The notes beneath the pieces were generated by a model. That model saw nothing but the letters and a program-made list of their open reading frames with translations. It did not search any database and was not told where the DNA came from. DNA of 56,616 nt, the filler included, from Chthonomonadaceae bacterium (lineage in GTDB: Bacteria > Armatimonadota > Chthonomonadetes > Chthonomonadales > Chthonomonadaceae): the NCBI GenBank assembly GCA_035650735.1. It is 2 parts of 2 records of this genome, joined end to end, with 100 filler letters (N's around TTAATTAATTAA, not from the genome) between each part and the next. Parts side by side here need not be neighbours in the genome. Positions count along the whole stretch, not along the records: positions 25,600 to 56,616 come from DASRGZ010000220.1; 1 more part is not named here. One strand, written 5' to 3'. Shown here one piece after another: positions 31,661 through 40,059 of this stretch. The first letter of the stretch is position 1; every line of letters begins with the position of its first letter. Made by a program: the position numbers and the translations under genes.

Positions 31661-33460
31661 TCAGCGATAGTGCTGCGCTTGCATCTCAAACAGGCGGGCA
31701 TAGGTTCCGTTCAAGGCCATCAGGCTCTCATGCGTGCCCCGCTCGATAATCTTGCCCCCTTCCAGGACGTAGATACAGTCGGCCATACGCACGGTCGAGA
31801 AGCGATGGCTGATCAGGACCGCCGCGCGCCCCGCCGCTAAGTGCCGAAACCGGCGGAACAGTTCGTACTCGGCCCTGGCGTCTATCGCGCTCGTGGGCTC
31901 ATCCAAAACGATGATCTGGGAGTCCCGCAGGAAGGCGCGCGCCAGGGCGATCTTCTGCCACTGCCCGACGCTTAGCTCCTCGCCCCCTTCAAACCACTTG
32001 CCCAAAACGGTCTCATAGCCCTGCTTTAATCCGGCGATCACGGCGTCTGCGCCGGACTGATGGGCGGCTTGCGTCAGGCGCTCCTCCTCTGGCGGCGCCT
32101 CTACGTTACCGAAATGGATGTTTTCGCGCGCCGTTAGCTGGTATTTGACGTAGTCCTGGAAGATCACGCTGATCTGCTGGCGCAGCGCGGTCGTCTCAAA
32201 CGCGCGCAGGTCTATGCCGTCGAGCGTGATCCGGCCTTCCGTCGGATCGTAGAGGCGGCACAGCAATTTGATGAGCGTCGTCTTGCCGGAGCCGTTCTCC
32301 CCCACGAGGGCGATCATCTCTCCGGGGCGCAGGGTCAGCGAGATGTCTTGCAATACCGTCTCGTCGCCGGTCGGATACCGAAAGCTTACCTGCTCGAAGG
32401 CGATGCCCTTCTGCATCGGTCGGGGCACGGGAAGCGGATCGGCAGGCTCGGCGACCCGGCGCTTCAGGTGCAGGAACTCTTCTAAATCGGAAAGATAGAG
32501 GTGATGCTCATATAGCCCGACCAGGCTGCTGAACAGGCTTTGCAGCAGCCCCTGTCCGCGCTGGAAGGCCTGGTAGTACATCGTCAGGCTGCCCAGCGAG
32601 ATCGCGCCTTGCAGCGCCCGCGCGACCATAAAAGCATACGACCCATAGACGGCCAACGTGGCGGCGGCGCGCGTGCCGAGGCCGGCCAGAGAGCCGCGCA
32701 GGACCAGGCTCAGCCGTTCGCGTCTCAACTGCTCGCGCAGGTCCAGGAAGCGGCGGATAAACGTGGGGCCGAGGTTAAAAAGGCGAATCTCTTTGGCCGT
32801 CTGGTCGTTGGCGAGCATCCAGTTGAAATAGGAGACCTGCCGCTCGGTCGGCGTCCGCTTCCGCTGCCACCAGTACATCCGTCCGCTGTAGCGCATCTGC
32901 ACCACCGCTCCGGGAAGGGTCACGGCAAACAGGAGCGCCGCCACGCCCCAGTGGAGGGAGATGAGCAGCCCGGCAATCGCCAGCAGATTGATCGCGCTCT
33001 GCCCTACCTGCATCAGACCGCGCACGACCTGCGTGGGACGGTAGGCCGCATCGCGCTGCACCCGGTTGAGCGTATCGTAGTAGCGTGGGTTCTCGTAGGC
33101 TTCCAGGTCTACTTCCACCGCTTTGGAATGGACGATGGCCGAGACATGGTTGGTAACGGCCAGCGATTGAGCCTCCCGAACCAGGTCTGCCGCCTCGGAG
33201 AGCAGGTTCTCTGCCAGCGTGACCCCGGCGGTCAAAGCGATGAGCCAGACGGCATGCTGCAATGCTGCCGCCTTGTCTGCGTGCCGCAGTCCCGCGACGA
33301 CCGCATCGAGGATGAGCTTGTTCAAATACAGGGTCAGCGTGAACGGCACGCTCTGCACCAGCGCGAGCGCAACACTCGTCAAGGTCAATCCCGGTGAGCT
33401 CTGCCAGACAAGCCGTAAAGCCATCTTAAGATTTGCCAGCTTCGGTGCCTTCCGCGCCAT
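31661..33460 (-). CDS. ABC exporter, fused permease/ATPase
   Basis: GENGSGKT, LSVGQWQK, VLDEPTS and SHRF. Confidence 0.93.
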   Translation of the reverse strand: MARKAPKLANLKMALRLVWQSSPGLTLTSVALALVQSVPFTLTLYLNKLILDAVVAGLRHADKAAALQHAVWLIALTAGVTLAENLLSEAADLVREAQSLAVTNHVSAIVHSKAVEVDLEAYENPRYYDTLNRVQRDAAYRPTQVVRGLMQVGQSAINLLAIAGLLISLHWGVAALLFAVTLPGAVVQMRYSGRMYWWQRKRTPTERQVSYFNWMLANDQTAKEIRLFNLGPTFIRRFLDLREQLRRERLSLVLRGSLAGLGTRAAATLAVYGSYAFMVARALQGAISLGSLTMYYQAFQRGQGLLQSLFSSLVGLYEHHLYLSDLEEFLHLKRRVAEPADPLPVPRPMQKGIAFEQVSFRYPTGDETVLQDISLTLRPGEMIALVGENGSGKTTLIKLLCRLYDPTEGRITLDGIDLRAFETTALRQQISVIFQDYVKYQLTARENIHFGNVEAPPEEERLTQAAHQSGADAVIAGLKQGYETVLGKWFEGGEELSVGQWQKIALARAFLRDSQIIVLDEPTSAIDARAEYELFRRFRHLAAGRAAVLISHRFSTVRMADCIYVLEGGKIIERGTHESLMALNGTYARLFEMQAQHYR

Positions 33461-33891
33461 GCTTCCTGCCCTCCCTCCATCGAGTACCTGAGCTCTCTAT
33501 CCTTTATAATAACAGATTGCCAGAGACAACACCCTGTCCCTGTTCTCCCACACCACGGGATCGCTTTTGCACGGGCAGATAAAAAGACCGGAAGACGCAG
33601 GGGAAAATGAGAACAAGAAGCAACGAAAACCGGAAACAGCATACCATCAGGCACAGCAGACGCTGCCGTGTAGAATGTGAAAAGCGCAAGGAAGGCGTAG
33701 AGGTGCGTGCGTTGTGAACTTCTTCACTGCGCGTGAACCATCTGATTCGCTGCGACGTCTATTGATCTTGTAAGCCTGCTGGCCTACTGCATTCGTGACC
33801 GAATACTCCGAAAGTCACAAGCCGGGCCAGTATGCGTGAAGTTAAAGGAAGTCACCATTTTGGGCCTTGATGCCCCGAAGGAGGAGTTTCG

Positions 33892-34287
33892 ATGAAGAAC
33901 AAAGCGATCTGCACAGGTCTGGCGACCTTAGTGATGGCTGGCAGCATCGTATTGCCGCCGGTAGCCGTAAACGCACAGAGAAATCTGGACCAAGCGTCCC
34001 ACCATCGCCAGGAGACGAAGAATCAGTGGCGCAATATCGCCATCGGAGCGGGCGCTCTGGGCGTGCTCGGGCTGCTCAAGCACGACAGCACACTGACCTT
34101 TCTTGGTACAGCGGGCGCTCTCTATTCGCTCAACCGCTATGAGCACGATCGCAAGAGCCAGAGCAGCATTGACAGAGCACGCGCGGCCTACTTCAGCAGG
34201 CCGTACTTTTACCGCAACGGGCATCGCTACACCCGCAAAACCGTCTGGCGAAACGGCCACAAGTACTACCAGTTCGTGCGCGGATAA
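33892..34287 (+). CDS. Small secreted basic hypothetical protein
   Basis: Strong SD AGGAGG, signal peptide (VNA-Q), Gly-zipper-like middle and R/H/Y-rich tail. Confidence 0.8.
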   Translation: MKNKAICTGLATLVMAGSIVLPPVAVNAQRNLDQASHHRQETKNQWRNIAIGAGALGVLGLLKHDSTLTFLGTAGALYSLNRYEHDRKSQSSIDRARAAYFSRPYFYRNGHRYTRKTVWRNGHKYYQFVRG

Positions 34288-34334
34288 GTCCTATCGCCTT
34301 CTTGACTGCCTCTTTGACAGCGCAAGACATTGCT

Positions 34335-34411
34335 GACGGGCCGCGTAATCCACGCAGCAGGGCTTATGCCCTTTCTCTAACAGAGAGCGCCGATGGATTA
34401 CGCGGCCCGTC
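34335..34411. repeat. 18-bp perfect inverted repeat with two internal mini-hairpins
   Basis: GACGGGCCGCGTAATCCA / TGGATTACGCGGCCCGTC between convergent genes. Confidence 0.75.
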
Positions 34412-34485
34412 GCATATTCCTCCTCAGAGGGAAGTTTGAGTCATTCTCCTCAGAGGAGTCTGCGGCGGGCCGCAAAGAGCGGGTA

Positions 34486-34880
34486 TCAGGGAAGCACCTC
34501 AAACGGGGTCCTATCGTGGATACGGTAGGCGAAAAAATGGCCATCGAGGGTAAGAATGCGCGTAAGATTCAAGACCTCGGCGGCCACAACAAGCGAAGCG
34601 TCCGCGAAGTCCATCGGGGTATCGGCGTATTTGCGCATAAGAGCGCAGGCGCGTAAGGCATCCTGACGTGCCGGTTCATAGAGGTTTAACACTCGGCCTC
34701 TATCTGCGCACGCAAAGTCTCCTTGCCTTGTGGGCCGAGCAGGTGCATGGCTTCGGTAATGCAGGGCCAGGTCGTCAGGAAGGGCGTTCGTATGGTCGCC
34801 AGAACTTCCCTACAGCGCTGGTGATTCTGGTCGTCTGCCCGGATGGAGGCGACAATAAAACTGGTATCCGACAGGATCAT
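34486..34880 (-). pseudogene. VapC/PIN toxin, frameshifted near 34695
   Basis: MILSDTSFIV...ITEAMHLL in one frame and MDFADASLV...ILTLD.HF in another; adding one base (EAG-VLNL) restores a full PIN domain. Confidence 0.85.
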
Positions 34881-35164
34881 GATCCGAGTTTCCGGGGATT
34901 CTTGGTTACGCCAAAGTCCTGCATATACGCAGGGTTTGTAGAGAGATCGGCAGGCAAGCCCTGCTCGGTTCCGAACAGATGGGGAAACGCTTCCAGAACG
35001 CTTTTGCCGCCGAAATCGCCGGTCTCTTCCTCGGCCTCCGGCCTCTCCTCAAACACTTTGAGTTCAACGGTGGCGCCAGGAGGGATTTCGTCTCGATGGC
35101 TGAACACCTCGTCCACGGTTCCCCGATATATCTTGCTTGGCTTGCGTGCGTCTAGCTGTGTCAT
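34877..35164 (-). CDS. Putative antitoxin of the VapC gene
   Basis: ATGA overlap with the toxin start; C-terminal GLPADLSTNPAYMQDFG resembles known VapB-type tails. Confidence 0.75.
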   Translation of the reverse strand: MTQLDARKPSKIYRGTVDEVFSHRDEIPPGATVELKVFEERPEAEEETGDFGGKSVLEAFPHLFGTEQGLPADLSTNPAYMQDFGVTKNPRKLGS

Positions 35165-35263
35165 CTTGTTACCTCTCCCTGAAGGTCGAAGCCTCCCTCT
35201 TTCCTGTTTCGATTATACCACGCTTCCGCAGGGACGTCCTGCCCGACTGCCTGGCCGCTCTGC

Positions 35264-35359
35264 TGCCAGAATGGAACAGAGTTAAAGGGCGCTCCTGCGC
35301 GGGCGCGCCTACGCCTTGCAGCGTTCGCGTGCCAGAATGGAACAGAGTTAAAGGGCGCT
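35264..35359. repeat. Two identical 30-bp direct repeats separated by 36 bp
   Basis: TGCCAGAATGGAACAGAGTTAAAGGGCGCT at 35264-35293 and 35330-35359. Confidence 0.9.
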
Positions 35360-36869
35360 ACCTAAGCGCTCCCTCTTCGGCGGCCGCCAGCCCGCCGACA
35401 GGCTCAGTGGCAGGATGTGACCGTGCGAGGACGCTATGACGCCGACCGTAGGCAAAATAGACGCCCAGGCCAAGCAACAGCCAGGCGAACAGTTGCAGCC
35501 AGGCGGAGGAGGGCAGAGACCGTATCAACAGCAGGCAGGTGAGGATGCCTAGCAGGGGAACAAACGGTCCTAAGGGGGCGCGGAACCGGCGCGTGGTATG
35601 GGCGTGGGTTCGCCGCAGGATCAGAACCGCAATGCAGATGACGACATATCCCAGGAGCGTTGCCATCATCACAAGGTCCGCCAGGATGCGAAGCGGCACA
35701 AGCGCCGACAGCAGTCCAGCGGCGACTCCTATCACGATCGTCGCTTTCCAGGGTGTTCGATAGCGGGGATGGATGGCGCTAAAGACGCCTGGCGGCAGCA
35801 GCCCGTCACGGCCCATGACCATCAGGATACGGGGCAGAGTAAGAAGGATCACCAGCAGCACCGAGGTGATGCCCGTCAGAGCGCCCAGCGCGATCAGAAA
35901 CTGCGCCCAGGGCAGTCCAACCTGTCCGAAGGCATCCGAGATCGGGGCGCGGACATTGATCCGGTCATAGGGGACTATGCCTGTCAGCACCACGGCGACC
36001 GCGATATAGAGGAGGGTACAGAGAGCGACCGAAGCCAGGATGCCGAGAGGGACGTCCCGCTGGGGCTTACGACATTCTTCGGTATAGGCAGAGAGCGCCT
36101 CAAAGCCCAGATAGGCGTAAAATACGAGTGCTGCTCCTGCCATCATTCCCAGGGGTTGGCCGCCAGGCCCTGCCTGCGCCAGCAGGCCATACGGGGCGAA
36201 TGGATGCCAGTTCTGCGGCTTGATATAGAAGGCTCCGACGCCGATGACAAAGAAGAGGATGGCTAGCTTCAAGCTCAGCATCGCAAAATTAAACCGGAGG
36301 CTCGCCCGCATCCCGCGCAGGATGCAGAAGGAGATCACTTCGGTAATCAGGAGTGCGGGCAGATCCCCCAGACTGCCGGTCGGGACGAGTTTGCCCATCT
36401 GGGGGGCAAGGTCGTAAGGCGTGCTGGCGAGCGCGCGCGGCAGCGTCAGGCCCAATCCGCCGAGGAAGTCCTGGAAGTAGTGCGACCAGCCCTGCGCTAC
36501 GGACGCGGCACCGATGCCATAGGCGAAGATCAGGTTCCAGCCGATAAGCCATGCGGGCAGCTCGCCCAGAGTCGCATACGCATAGCTATAGGCTGAACCG
36601 GCTTCAGGGACGGACGCGGCGAACTCGGCGTAACAGAGCGCCACGGCGGCGCAGGCTATGGCCGCGACAAGAAATGACAGCGCCAGCGCAGGCCCGGTCT
36701 TATCGTGGGCCGCGATACCGATCATGACGAAAATACCCGTCCCGATGATGCCGCCGAGGCCCAGGCTCGTCAGCGTGAGGGGGCTGAGCGCCCGCTGCAA
36801 TCTCGGTTCTCCGGCTGTCTCCGGATCGGGCCGTTCGCTCGGTTTGCGCAGGAACAACGCAGGAGGCAT
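35358..36869 (-). CDS. APC-family amino acid permease
   Basis: GLGGIIGTGIF, CYAEFA..VPEAGSAY, YLGFE and PRI..MGRDGLLP. Confidence 0.95.
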   Translation of the reverse strand: MPPALFLRKPSERPDPETAGEPRLQRALSPLTLTSLGLGGIIGTGIFVMIGIAAHDKTGPALALSFLVAAIACAAVALCYAEFAASVPEAGSAYSYAYATLGELPAWLIGWNLIFAYGIGAASVAQGWSHYFQDFLGGLGLTLPRALASTPYDLAPQMGKLVPTGSLGDLPALLITEVISFCILRGMRASLRFNFAMLSLKLAILFFVIGVGAFYIKPQNWHPFAPYGLLAQAGPGGQPLGMMAGAALVFYAYLGFEALSAYTEECRKPQRDVPLGILASVALCTLLYIAVAVVLTGIVPYDRINVRAPISDAFGQVGLPWAQFLIALGALTGITSVLLVILLTLPRILMVMGRDGLLPPGVFSAIHPRYRTPWKATIVIGVAAGLLSALVPLRILADLVMMATLLGYVVICIAVLILRRTHAHTTRRFRAPLGPFVPLLGILTCLLLIRSLPSSAWLQLFAWLLLGLGVYFAYGRRHSVLARSHPATEPVGGLAAAEEGALR

Positions 36870-36875
36870 CCGAAC

Positions 36876-37094
36876 CTACCTTCTTTTTCTTTCACCCGAG
36901 CGGGCCTGGGAGGCGCGCATCTTCGCTATCTCCTGGCGCAGATCGTACATGCCGGAATGCACCGCCTTAGGCGGGCCGACAGGTCCCTCCGTACTGATCC
37001 AGATCCTCCAGCCAAGGAACACCAGCGCGAGAAGCCCGACGGCAAGCGCGGCGGGCAGAACCCAGGAGGGCAGTGGCTGCTGCAATCGGTTCAT
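36876..37094 (-). CDS. Small single-TM protein
   Basis: One hydrophobic helix; lies between the DUF1559 gene and the permease on the same strand. Confidence 0.7.
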   Translation of the reverse strand: MNRLQQPLPSWVLPAALAVGLLALVFLGWRIWISTEGPVGPPKAVHSGMYDLRQEIAKMRASQARSGERKRR

Positions 37095-37133
37095 TCGCGT
37101 GAAGACCTCGTTCCTTTTCTATCCAGGTCGCCA

Positions 37134-37934
37134 TTAGTAATGCAAGCCCCAGGAGCCATCCGCCTTCTTGAAGGGCACCCCGCGCAGTTCCGGCTTATCC
37201 AGGTAGGGACCGTTATCCGTGACCTTCCAGTAGAGAATTGCTCTGCCATCCGGAGCGTAACCGCCGATCTGCTTGTTCGTATCATCGAGCCAGGGCTTGG
37301 CATGGACGGGTTTGGCATGGCTATCCGCGAAGGACGCATTCACCGTGCCGTGATGCCGCGCCTGAATTGGCTCATCCATCATGGTGAAATAGGCGTCCGG
37401 CAGCGTTCCGTTGGCATCGCAAAACACGGCGGTGTCCGCCGGGTACTCAACTTCTGCCATCGTCTTGACAGGCCGCCCGTTATCGGGACCGAAGAAGTTG
37501 CTCGGATCGCCCCAATCGATCAAGGAGAAGTTGGGAAAGTAGCTGATGTATTTCAGCGGTGGTGAGGCGGGGCAGGGCGGCGGCATGGAGATGACATCCA
37601 TGGCCTTCGGGAAATCGAGCGCGTTGGGATTGGATGGGCACTGATAGACCTGCACGTTCTTGAGGTAAGGGACAAGCGCGACCCAGGCAACGAACACGCA
37701 AGGGCTCGGCCCGTTGTTACTCATGTACATATTCATCGGAAACGTTTCGTCATAATCCTGGACGTAGAGCGCGGTCGCCGTGCCGATCTGCTTGGTGTTG
37801 GACAGGCAGGAGACGCCGCGCGCCTGCTCGCGCGCTTGGGCGAACACAGGGAAGAGAATGGCCGCTAAAATGGCGATGATAGCGATGACTACAAGCAGTT
37901 CGATGAGCGTAAAACCTGAGCGATGGCGTAACAT
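37134..37934 (-). CDS. Prepilin-type / DUF1559 / H-X9-DG protein
   Basis: [30 protein letters not shown] and [21 protein letters not shown]. Confidence 0.92.
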   Translation of the reverse strand: MLRHRSGFTLIELLVVIAIIAILAAILFPVFAQAREQARGVSCLSNTKQIGTATALYVQDYDETFPMNMYMSNNGPSPCVFVAWVALVPYLKNVQVYQCPSNPNALDFPKAMDVISMPPPCPASPPLKYISYFPNFSLIDWGDPSNFFGPDNGRPVKTMAEVEYPADTAVFCDANGTLPDAYFTMMDEPIQARHHGTVNASFADSHAKPVHAKPWLDDTNKQIGGYAPDGRAILYWKVTDNGPYLDKPELRGVPFKKADGSWGLHY

Positions 37935-38017
37935 GAATGCAGTCCTCCTTGATTTGATTGAGAAGATGACGAGGGATTCGAGCCTGGGTGGCACGCTGCC
38001 ACAGTATAGACAAGCCA

Positions 38018-38077
38018 GCTTAAATTCGGGTTAAACGGATATTAAAAAAATTTCAGCCGAATTTAAGCCTCAGTTAA
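38018..38077. promoter_or_regulatory. Phased TTAA boxes inside an inverted repeat in the divergent promoter region
   Basis: TTAA at 38020, 38031, 38042, 38063 and 38074; 12-bp IR GCTTAAATTCGG / CCGAATTTAAGC. Confidence 0.6.
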
Positions 38078-38136
38078 TCCTGGTTTGCTATATTGATCCT
38101 CGTCAGCTTACCTGCGTGGAAGGAGTAGAAACCCAA

Positions 38137-38856
38137 GTGAAGCCTCGTCGCGGGTTTACCCTCATTGAACTGCTCGTGGTCATCGCCATTATAGCGGTTT
38201 TAGCGGCTATTCTCTTTCCGGTGTTCGCTCAAGCGCGCGAGAAAGCCCGCGCTATCAGTTGCCTATCCAACTGCCGTCAGCTCGGACTTGCCATTCAGAT
38301 GTACGCTACCGATCATGACGAAGCCTTCCCCTGCTCATGCATGATAGGAATGAGCATGGGGACAGACATGACGGCTCAGAATAGCCAGAGCTGGTTAGAC
38401 ACGACCCTGCCCTACATCAAGTCGCGTGGTCTCTATCACTGTCCCTCAGATAACAGTCCTCTTTGGAGCAGCATGGATACGCCACGTCAGTCCTCCTATG
38501 GCTTTAATGCCTACTTCATCCCTATCCAGGCTCCCTATTATGGAGTGCGCATGGGGCAAATAAACCGACCGGCGGAATGCATCCTGGTGTCGGAGTTGGC
38601 GGACACCTGGCAGCAAGATTTCTTCAGGCCCATGTACTGGGGCGATCCGCCGAAAATCCAGGATGCGGACATGCAGATGATGGAGTGGGACAGGATGCAG
38701 CAAGAACCGATGAGCCTGGCCATTCGGCGACATCAGCAGGGAGCCAACTATGTCTTTGCCGAAGGCCATGCGAAATTCCAGCGATTCTCCCAGACCTTCC
38801 GGCAGACAGCGGGCAGCCCTCCCAGCGTAGACTGGTACGATCCCTTAACACCGTAG
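38137..38856 (+). CDS. Met-rich prepilin-type / DUF1559 / H-X9-DG-like protein
   Basis: [12 protein letters not shown] and [13 protein letters not shown]; Met-rich stretches [13 protein letters not shown] and [10 protein letters not shown]. Confidence 0.9.
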   Translation: MKPRRGFTLIELLVVIAIIAVLAAILFPVFAQAREKARAISCLSNCRQLGLAIQMYATDHDEAFPCSCMIGMSMGTDMTAQNSQSWLDTTLPYIKSRGLYHCPSDNSPLWSSMDTPRQSSYGFNAYFIPIQAPYYGVRMGQINRPAECILVSELADTWQQDFFRPMYWGDPPKIQDADMQMMEWDRMQQEPMSLAIRRHQQGANYVFAEGHAKFQRFSQTFRQTAGSPPSVDWYDPLTP

Positions 38857-38915
38857 CGACGAGGGCGCTCTCCCCTTTTGGCTGTGCCGCAGAACTGCAA
38901 AGGAATATTCACAGC

Positions 38916-39905
38916 ATGAAACCGATTCTCATTAGCCTGGTAGCCTGCGTGCTCAGCTTACCCATGCTCGCCCTAGCTCAGAGCAAGGCTGAAGTCGTCT
39001 CCAAGGGTAGCCGTTTTGAGGTAAAGAAGGTTTTGAAGGCAGAGGGCACAACCGTCGTGCTCTTCCTTCAGGAAACCAGCCTGATGGAACAGCAGTTTCT
39101 GGCCGAGTTGCAGAAGCAGTTGCCCGAGGACGAGAAGGTCGTGTTGCGTGTGGTGACTTTGAAAGACACGGCCGCGCCCGCTGCCCAGCAGTACCAGATT
39201 ATGGCCACTCCGACGGCTCTTGTCTACGACCGGTTTGGACGGGAACTGGCCCGTACCTCGCAACCTGAGGCGATTCGCGCAGCAGTCCGCAAGGGGCAAC
39301 TCATGGCGCGCCTCTACTGGATTGATGAGGATAATCCGAAAGCGCCCGAGGTTTACGGCGCACCGCCGGAAGCGTTGAAACGAGGCTTGCCGGGCATCGT
39401 CAAGACCATGGGGCTGCGTCCAGATGCCTACAGGATGTTCCAGGTTATGTCGGAGATCCACTTCACGGACGGCTTCCTTAAGCGGCGTGAGCATGAGATG
39501 GTCGCCGCCTATGTCTCCGCAATCAACCACTGTAAGTTTTGAGTGGGTTCGCACGCCGCCGCGTTGCAGCGGCAAGGAGTGAGCCAGGAGCTTGTGGATG
39601 CGATTGGTACCGATGATTTTAGCAAAGTGACCTTCGCCCAACAGGATCTCGCCCTGCTCAAATTCGTCAAATTGCTTACGCTCAATCCCGCCCAGACGCG
39701 CGATGCCGATGTGTAAGCGATGCGGGAGGCCGGATGGACGGACGAGCAGATATGGGAGACAGCGCTGGAGGTGAGCATCTTTTCGTTCCTGAACCGCATG
39801 GCGGATGCATATGGGCTGGATTACCCATCAGGTGGATGGTATCCACCGCAACTGCGGGACAAGATCGAGCGAGAGAAGCAGAAAGATAAGGGGGCCTCCA
39901 AATAG
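38916..39905 (+). CDS. Probable exported selenoprotein: Cys-less thioredoxin-like domain fused to an AhpD/carboxymuconolactone-decarboxylase domain (CxxU); also has an internal TAA
   Basis: The frame reads VSAINHCKF-TGA(39540)-VGSHAAAL...DADV-TAA(39714)-AMREAGWTDEQIWE...FLNRMADAYG. AhpD similarity spans both stops and the TGA aligns to the second Cys of CxxC. Confidence 0.8.
39546..39585 (+). promoter_or_regulatory. SECIS-like hairpin
   Basis: Lower stem GGTTCGC/GTGAGCC, upper stem GCCGC/GCGGC, and a small G-starting apical loop about 20 nt after the UGA (folded by eye). Confidence 0.55.
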
Positions 39906-40059
39906 GAAGAAGCGCCGCCCGCCCCGTTGAAGTGAAAATGATCCTCGTCAGCTTGCCTGCGGGGAAGATGCCCTACGGAAATTGCCCTGCTGCCCTGTTT
40001 CGACAGGGCAGCAGGGCAATCGTTTATGCGGCTTACCATCCAGGGCAAACGCCGGGACT

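Noticed and set aside
31661..33700. ABC exporter as part of a lasso/RiPP cluster
   Set aside because: No precursor peptide, cyclase, peptidase or PqqD-like gene is adjacent.
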